From Candidatus Kerfeldbacteria bacterium (GTDB lineage: Bacteria > Patescibacteriota > Patescibacteriia > UBA10025 > JAHIVO01), in NCBI GenBank assembly GCA_047946875.1, contig CP181398.1:15154-79153 (forward strand): a stretch of DNA of 64,000 nt, written 5' to 3'. Positions 58,720-64,000 of this stretch are shown in pieces; the stretch's first letter is position 1; every line of letters starts with the position of its first letter. Under the pieces are notes generated by a model. That model worked only from the letters and a program-made list of their open reading frames with translations, had not been told where the DNA came from and ran no database searches. The translations under genes and the position numbers were made by a program.

Positions 58720-59724
58720 TTAGAATGGACATTGGGTGACTGAACTTTTGGTGATCTCGGGATCAAAAATCAAACGAGTTTTTCTTTCTTTTGGTGAGAG
58801 TTTTCTCCATTCGGAAATCATCATCTCAACCAAATGGGATAATTCTTCAAAACTTCCATATATATTGCGGAATTCGAAGTTTGTATAATTATCATGACCA
58901 GAGAAGGTAATAAAATGACCATTGGAACCTATTAAGGCTATCGTATATTGCCCCAATGCGGTCCAGACAAGCAAGGTTATATCATGGAATTGTGCTTTTA
59001 AACCAGAACAGATGCGTTTTTTCTCATGATCAATCATAATCTGTTTTGCTCCAGCAGTATATACCTGTTGGGCAAAACGATTTGTGAGCGTTTCTATCAT
59101 GTCTTTGAGTTTGACCATACGTGGCTCATTGTTTTGCCATGCTTGGATAGCTAGGTCAAAAACATCAAAAACTACATTGGAAAATAGATCCGTTTGGTTG
59201 AGCAGCTTTTTCCAGCCTTGCTTTGGTTTTTGGTATATGACAATTTCAATTTTATTGTCAATAAACTCCCCAATATATTTCCCTTCCTCGATCATATTAT
59301 TTGTAGGACTTTTAAACCAATTTTGAACCTGTACCCAGATGATTGAATCGAGAATATCTAAATCAACACCTTGAAGATAATCAATAATGTAAGAGTGGCT
59401 ATTTTCAGGACTCCATTTTACTGTCTTGATAATTTGGTTTTTTGAACCGGCCAAGACTACAGAGTTTTTTACCGATGATCTTTGGCCTCGGCGTTCAGGA
59501 TTATCATTATCTGGTCTAGGCTCAATGGTGTCAGAGAAAATTTCATTATTTCCGTTCTTATCTTTTTTTACCCAGAGAAATAATGTTTCAGCATCAGTTC
59601 GTTGAACTTTGATGCAAATACCTGGATCATTATCACGAGAATCGTAAATTTGTTCTAGGATTTTTACCAGGATTGGAAACTGTTTTAAAAGTTTATTCCT
59701 TTTTTGTTTAGGTTGAGACTTCAT
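58720..59724 (-). CDS. Hypothetical protein (no family recognised)
   Basis: 334 aa ORF with SD AAGGAG upstream. Confidence 0.8.
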   Translation of the reverse strand: MKSQPKQKRNKLLKQFPILVKILEQIYDSRDNDPGICIKVQRTDAETLFLWVKKDKNGNNEIFSDTIEPRPDNDNPERRGQRSSVKNSVVLAGSKNQIIKTVKWSPENSHSYIIDYLQGVDLDILDSIIWVQVQNWFKSPTNNMIEEGKYIGEFIDNKIEIVIYQKPKQGWKKLLNQTDLFSNVVFDVFDLAIQAWQNNEPRMVKLKDMIETLTNRFAQQVYTAGAKQIMIDHEKKRICSGLKAQFHDITLLVWTALGQYTIALIGSNGHFITFSGHDNYTNFEFRNIYGSFEELSHLVEMMISEWRKLSPKERKTRLIFDPEITKSSVTQCPF

Positions 59725-59859
59725 ACGAAGGCTCCTTTCTTCACTTTTTCAGCGTTCCGCTGATATGGATTGGTTTCAATTTACAACTAGCGTTCCGCTA
59801 GTCAAGTGTTAAAGTGCAAAGTTGATATAAATTACCATTTAAACAACTATTTTGTCAAT

Positions 59860-59960
59860 AAAAAATCCCCAGGCTGTCCAAAATTGAGACACGGATGTGT
59901 TCAAAAATTGGACAATATGCCTGGGGGAGGGGGTTTGTGAGTAAGAGAATTTACTCAAAT
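59860..59960 (-). ncRNA. Candidate ~100-nt structured RNA
   Basis: Two hairpins, the second a long interrupted stem ending in a U run; TATAAT at 59965-59970 on the minus strand. Confidence 0.3.
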
Positions 59961-60138
59961 TTCTATTATATATAGTTAAAGCAAAAAGGCTAAACATTAT
60001 TAGCCTTTTTAACTTCCTATAATTATAGGTAAATAAAAGATCAGAATATAATATATCCTATAAAATATCGAGAGTCAAAACGTGCAAAGTGGATTATAGT
60101 ATTTGTTTTTGGTTATTAAAAATGATATAATTTCTTAT

Positions 60139-60426
60139 ATGATACTAAAGTTAAATGAAATAGAAAGGTTGGCAAAGCTAGCCAGAATTAATTTAACAGA
60201 AGCTGAGAAGAAGAAGTTTGGTAAACAAATTTCTTCGGTTTTAGAATATGTTGAACAAATTAAAGAAGTTGATACTTCTAAAGTAAAAGAAAAATCTCAT
60301 CTAAAAGATTTGGATAATGTTTTTAGGGAGGATAAAATTTTAGAAAGCACTGAATCAAAAAACAGTATTGAACAATTTCCTGATAAGGCAGGAAATCTTA
60401 ATAAAGTTAAAGCAGTGATGGAATAA
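60139..60426 (+). CDS. gatC: Asp/Glu-tRNA amidotransferase subunit C
   Basis: LAKLARI..NVFRED; directly upstream of gatA; start moved to the ATG at 60139. Confidence 0.92.
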   Translation: MILKLNEIERLAKLARINLTEAEKKKFGKQISSVLEYVEQIKEVDTSKVKEKSHLKDLDNVFREDKILESTESKNSIEQFPDKAGNLNKVKAVME

Positions 60427-60428
60427 AT

Positions 60429-61889
60429 ATGGATTATAATAAATTAAATATTGAAGAAGCCGCAAAGGGTTTGCAAGAGAAAAAGTTTTCAGCTAGTGAA
60501 TTAGTTGATTCTTGTTTTGAGCAGATAAATAAATATGATAATGAGATAGGGGCATTTTTAGAAATATCAAAAGATCTAGCAATAGAGCAAGCTAAAGAGG
60601 CGGATAAAAAAATATCAAAAGGAGATAAAGGTTTATTAACAGGAGTACCATTATCAATTAAAGATATTATATTAGTTAAAGATGTTAAAGCAACAGGCGG
60701 TTCTAAGATTTTAGAAAATTATATTGCCACTTATGATGCTACAGTTATAAAAAAATTGAAAGATGAAGGAGCGATATTCTTAGGTAAGGTTAATCTAGAC
60801 GAATTTGCTATGGGATCTTCAACTGAAAATTCTGCTTATAAAAAAACTAAAAATCCTTGGGATAAAGAGAGAGTACCTGGCGGTTCATCAGGGGGATCAA
60901 CTTCTTCTGTGGCTGCTGATATGTGTCTAGGATCTCTCGGTACTGATACGGGAGGATCTATTCGACAACCAGCTTCATTTTGTGGGGTAGTAGGGCTTAA
61001 ACCAACATATGGTCGCGTATCGAGGTATGGAGTAATGCCAATGACCTCTTCATTGGATCAAGTAGGTCCAATCACAAAAACGGTGAAAGATGCTGCAATA
61101 TTATTTAATGCGATCGCTGGTATTGACCCAAATGATTCTACTACTTATAAAAAAGAAAATATTAACATTGATAATATTACTAAAGATATAAAGGGCTTAA
61201 AGATTGGTATACCAAAAGAATATTTTATTGAGGGTATGGACCCTGAAGTACAAAAGAGTATCGATCAAGCTATCAAACAGTTTGAAGAATTGGGGGCTAA
61301 GGTAGTAAAAGTAAGCTTACCTTTAACGAAACATGCTTTAGCAATTTATTATATTATGGCAAGTTCAGAAATATCATCAAATTTAGCAAAATACGATGGT
61401 ATTAGATATGGATATTCTGCAACTAAGGACACGGCTGAAAATTTATTGGATGTTTATGTGAATTCACGTTCGAAAGGTTTAGGTAGTGAAGCTAAGCGTA
61501 GAATAATGATGGGGACATATTCTTTGTCGTCAGGATACTATGATCAGTATTATATTAAAGCCCAAAAAGTAAGAGTATTGATTCAGGAAGAATTCAATAA
61601 TATTTTTAAGAAAGTTGATTGCCTTATTTCACCTACGACTCCTTCTACTGCTTTTAAAATTGGAGAAAAATTTGAAGATCCTTTAATGATGTATCTTTCA
61701 GATATATATACAGTACCAGCAAATATAGGAGGCATTTGCGGAATATCAATTCCAGCTGGAATGTCTAATAATTTACCAATTGGATTGCAAATTATGGGTA
61801 AGTCATTTGATGAGGAGATGATATTACGGGCTGGTTATAATTTCGAAAAAGTAACGGATTGGCATACAAAAAGACCAAGTTTAGATTGA
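60429..61889 (+). CDS. gatA: Asp/Glu-tRNA amidotransferase subunit A
   Basis: NLDEFAMGSS, PGGSSGGS and GTDTGGSIRQPA amidase signature. Confidence 0.97.
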   Translation: MDYNKLNIEEAAKGLQEKKFSASELVDSCFEQINKYDNEIGAFLEISKDLAIEQAKEADKKISKGDKGLLTGVPLSIKDIILVKDVKATGGSKILENYIATYDATVIKKLKDEGAIFLGKVNLDEFAMGSSTENSAYKKTKNPWDKERVPGGSSGGSTSSVAADMCLGSLGTDTGGSIRQPASFCGVVGLKPTYGRVSRYGVMPMTSSLDQVGPITKTVKDAAILFNAIAGIDPNDSTTYKKENINIDNITKDIKGLKIGIPKEYFIEGMDPEVQKSIDQAIKQFEELGAKVVKVSLPLTKHALAIYYIMASSEISSNLAKYDGIRYGYSATKDTAENLLDVYVNSRSKGLGSEAKRRIMMGTYSLSSGYYDQYYIKAQKVRVLIQEEFNNIFKKVDCLISPTTPSTAFKIGEKFEDPLMMYLSDIYTVPANIGGICGISIPAGMSNNLPIGLQIMGKSFDEEMILRAGYNFEKVTDWHTKRPSLD

Positions 61890-61913
61890 CAGACGAATGA
61901 ATATTGATATACT
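61886..61913 (+). promoter_or_regulatory. Sigma70-type promoter for the response regulator-ndk unit
   Basis: TTGACA-16 bp-TATACT with extended -10 TG. Confidence 0.65.
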
Positions 61914-61946
61914 AACTAATAATGATTATTAATTTATTATAAAAAT

Positions 61947-62366
61947 ATGGCAGACAAACAAACTACCTCTAAGGATGAAAAATTTAATTCTAAAATTTTG
62001 TTGGTTGAAGATGACAAGATGTTAGCTGATATGTACATAACAAAATTTTCTAAAGAAGGTATGAAAATAATGAGAGCCGAAGACGGTGCCGAAGGCTTGA
62101 GTATGGCTAAAGAACATAAGCCTGATTTAATACTGTTAGATATAATCATGCCAAAATTAGATGGATTTGCAGTATTGAGAGAGCTAAGAAAGAATAAAGA
62201 CACTGAAAATGTTCACGTCTTATTGTTAACCAATTTAGGACAGTCTGAAGATGTAGAAAAAGGAAGAGAGTTGGGGGCTGATGATTATTTTATCAAAGCA
62301 AATCATACTCCAGCTGAGATAGTAGAAAAAGTAAAATATATGTTAACAAATAAAATTCATAAATAA
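61947..62366 (+). CDS. Single-domain response regulator
   Basis: VEDD, DLILLDIIMP and GADDYFIK; receiver domain only. Confidence 0.93.
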   Translation: MADKQTTSKDEKFNSKILLVEDDKMLADMYITKFSKEGMKIMRAEDGAEGLSMAKEHKPDLILLDIIMPKLDGFAVLRELRKNKDTENVHVLLLTNLGQSEDVEKGRELGADDYFIKANHTPAEIVEKVKYMLTNKIHK

Positions 62367-62370
62367 AAAC

Positions 62371-62847
62371 ATGGAAAAATCAAATTTTAAAGAAAAAACA
62401 GTTGTAATATTAAAACCAGATGCTTTGCAACGAAGTCTCATGGCAGATATTATAGGGAGATTTGAAAAAAAAGGATTAGAGTTAGTAGCACTTAAAATGA
62501 TGTCAATCGAAGATGCATTAATTGCAGAACATTATGGGCATCATGCTGATAAACCTTTTTTTGCAGATCTAAAAGAATTTATGCAAGCATCTCCTGTAGT
62601 AGTAATGATATGGCAGGGTGTAGAAGCAGTACAGATGGTACGCCAGTTATTGGGAGCTACATCTGGACGAAAAGCTGATATAGGTACGATCCGTGGAGAT
62701 TTATCAAATAGTGTTAGTAGAAATTTAGTGCATGGTTCTGATTCTATTGAGAGTGCAGAGGTTGAGATAAAACGGTTTTTTAAAGATAACGAAGTATTTG
62801 ACTGGAAAAAACAAGATTTTGGACACATTTATGGAGATGATGAGTAA
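62371..62847 (+). CDS. ndk: Nucleoside-diphosphate kinase
   Basis: LKPDA, GTIRGD and NLVHGSDS motifs. Confidence 0.96.
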   Translation: MEKSNFKEKTVVILKPDALQRSLMADIIGRFEKKGLELVALKMMSIEDALIAEHYGHHADKPFFADLKEFMQASPVVVMIWQGVEAVQMVRQLLGATSGRKADIGTIRGDLSNSVSRNLVHGSDSIESAEVEIKRFFKDNEVFDWKKQDFGHIYGDDE

Positions 62848-62989
62848 TGTATAAATAGTTCAATTATCAATTCACACACTATGAATATAAATAGTAAGGT
62901 CTGTCTGTCGTAGGATTGGTTTTTTTATTGCAAAAAAATATTGAGTAGGGTAGTATTTTTGTTAAATATAATAATCATAATAAATCACA

Positions 62990-64000
62990 ATGACAATACA
63001 AATAGTAATTTTATTTATTTTAATAGTTCTATCGGGATTTTTTTCTGGGTCAGAGGTTGCTTTGTTGTCCATAACCCCTGTTCGAGTAAGAACATATTTA
63101 AAAGAAAAACGTAAAGGATCGGTAGCATTAGATAGATTGAAGGCAAATCCAAGAAGAATGATTATTACTATTTTGATTGGCAATAATGTTGTTAATATTG
63201 TTGCTGCTTCTTTAACAGCCTATATTGCCTCACAAAAATTTGGTTCTACTGGCATAGGTATTCTTACTGGAATATTAACTTTAGTAATTTTAATTTTTGG
63301 AGAAATTACACCAAAAACATTGGCTAGTCGCTATGCTGGTAGGTTCTCGTTGCTGGTTGCTAGACCTATAGAGATGATGAGTACATTGTTATACCCGTTA
63401 GTTTATGTTTTAGAAAAATTAACAATGACACTTGAGAGTTCAGTGAAATTAGAAGCTCATGCTGTGATTACAGAAGCAGATATCAAAAATATGATTGAAT
63501 TTGGAGTTGAACATAAGATAGTCCAGCCAGAGGAACAATATATTATTAATAGAGCATTAGCCTTTTCTGATATAACTGCTAGTAAAATAATGATTCCTTT
63601 GAGAGATGTATTTGCTATTGAGCAAAATATTGCTATAGATATGTCTATTATCAATATAATTGAAAGTGGTTATACGCGAATACCACTTTATGATAAAATC
63701 AAAGAAAATATTATTGGTATTGCGATGGTGAAAGATGTTGCAAGAGAGATGATTGAAAAAAGAGGAAAAAAACTGTTAAAGAATATTTTGGTGGAGCCGA
63801 TATATGTGCCAAAAAATATTAGAATTGACTATTTGTTTAGAATTTTTCAAACCAAAAGAAAACATATTGCTGTAGTCCACGATATAAACAAAAAAGCTGT
63901 AGGTATTGTTACCTTAGAGGATTTAATTGAAGAGTTGGTCGGAGAGATTGTAGATGAAAGTGATAAAGAAAATAATGAATTAAATATCCATGCAAACAAA
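62990..64000 (+). CDS. CNNM (DUF21) plus CBS-pair hemolysin/CorB family protein, truncated by the window end
   Basis: Own translation: MTIQIVILFILIVLSGFFSGSEVAL..FGEITPK..GIVTLEDLIEELVGEIVDE; frame open to the end. Confidence 0.92.
   Translation, partial: MTIQIVILFILIVLSGFFSGSEVALLSITPVRVRTYLKEKRKGSVALDRLKANPRRMIITILIGNNVVNIVAASLTAYIASQKFGSTGIGILTGILTLVILIFGEITPKTLASRYAGRFSLLVARPIEMMSTLLYPLVYVLEKLTMTLESSVKLEAHAVITEADIKNMIEFGVEHKIVQPEEQYIINRALAFSDITASKIMIPLRDVFAIEQNIAIDMSIINIIESGYTRIPLYDKIKENIIGIAMVKDVAREMIEKRGKKLLKNILVEPIYVPKNIRIDYLFRIFQTKRKHIAVVHDINKKAVGIVTLEDLIEELVGEIVDESDKENNELNIHANK

Noticed and set aside
59860-59960. SRP RNA or 6S RNA identity for the structured region
   Set aside because: It lacks the SRP helix-8 CAGG/GNRA/AGCA motif and is too short for a typical 6S RNA
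60139-61889. Missing gatB as an anomaly
   Set aside because: gatB is often encoded separately; absence cannot be judged from one window

Overview
AT-rich bacterial chromosome segment. Gene content points to Patescibacteria/CPR (inference): a type IV pilus locus without pilQ, lone response regulators, tRNA-Arg(GCG) and few Shine-Dalgarno sites. The left arm (1-12.5 kb, minus strand) has three tRNA genes, cysS, a small accessory trio (RDD protein, HEPN protein, Cys/His protein), comF, clpC, htpX and lemA. The centre (12.6-56.7 kb, plus strand) is a ~44 kb surface-appendage locus. It opens with three paralogous secreted fibre-like proteins (1012, 2159 and 780 aa) that share one scaffold but carry different inserted domains. 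Next come a REP-associated tyrosine transposase with REP doublets and a 4400-aa membrane-anchored protein built from nested domain insertions. These are followed by pilM-pilN(extended)-pilO-FN3 protein-pilB-response regulator-pilC, a major pilin, a GT2 plus O-oligosaccharyltransferase-like pair, further pilins, pilD and a minor pilin set. The right arm has ligA, an orphan gene, gatC-gatA, a response regulator, ndk and a truncated CNNM/CBS gene. The most notable observations are the modular adhesin system upstream of pilM, T-arm-interrupted tRNA 3' copies behind all three tRNAs, a PilN with two PilM-binding-type motifs, and candidate structured RNAs. All domain calls are from motif recognition by eye; no searches were run.
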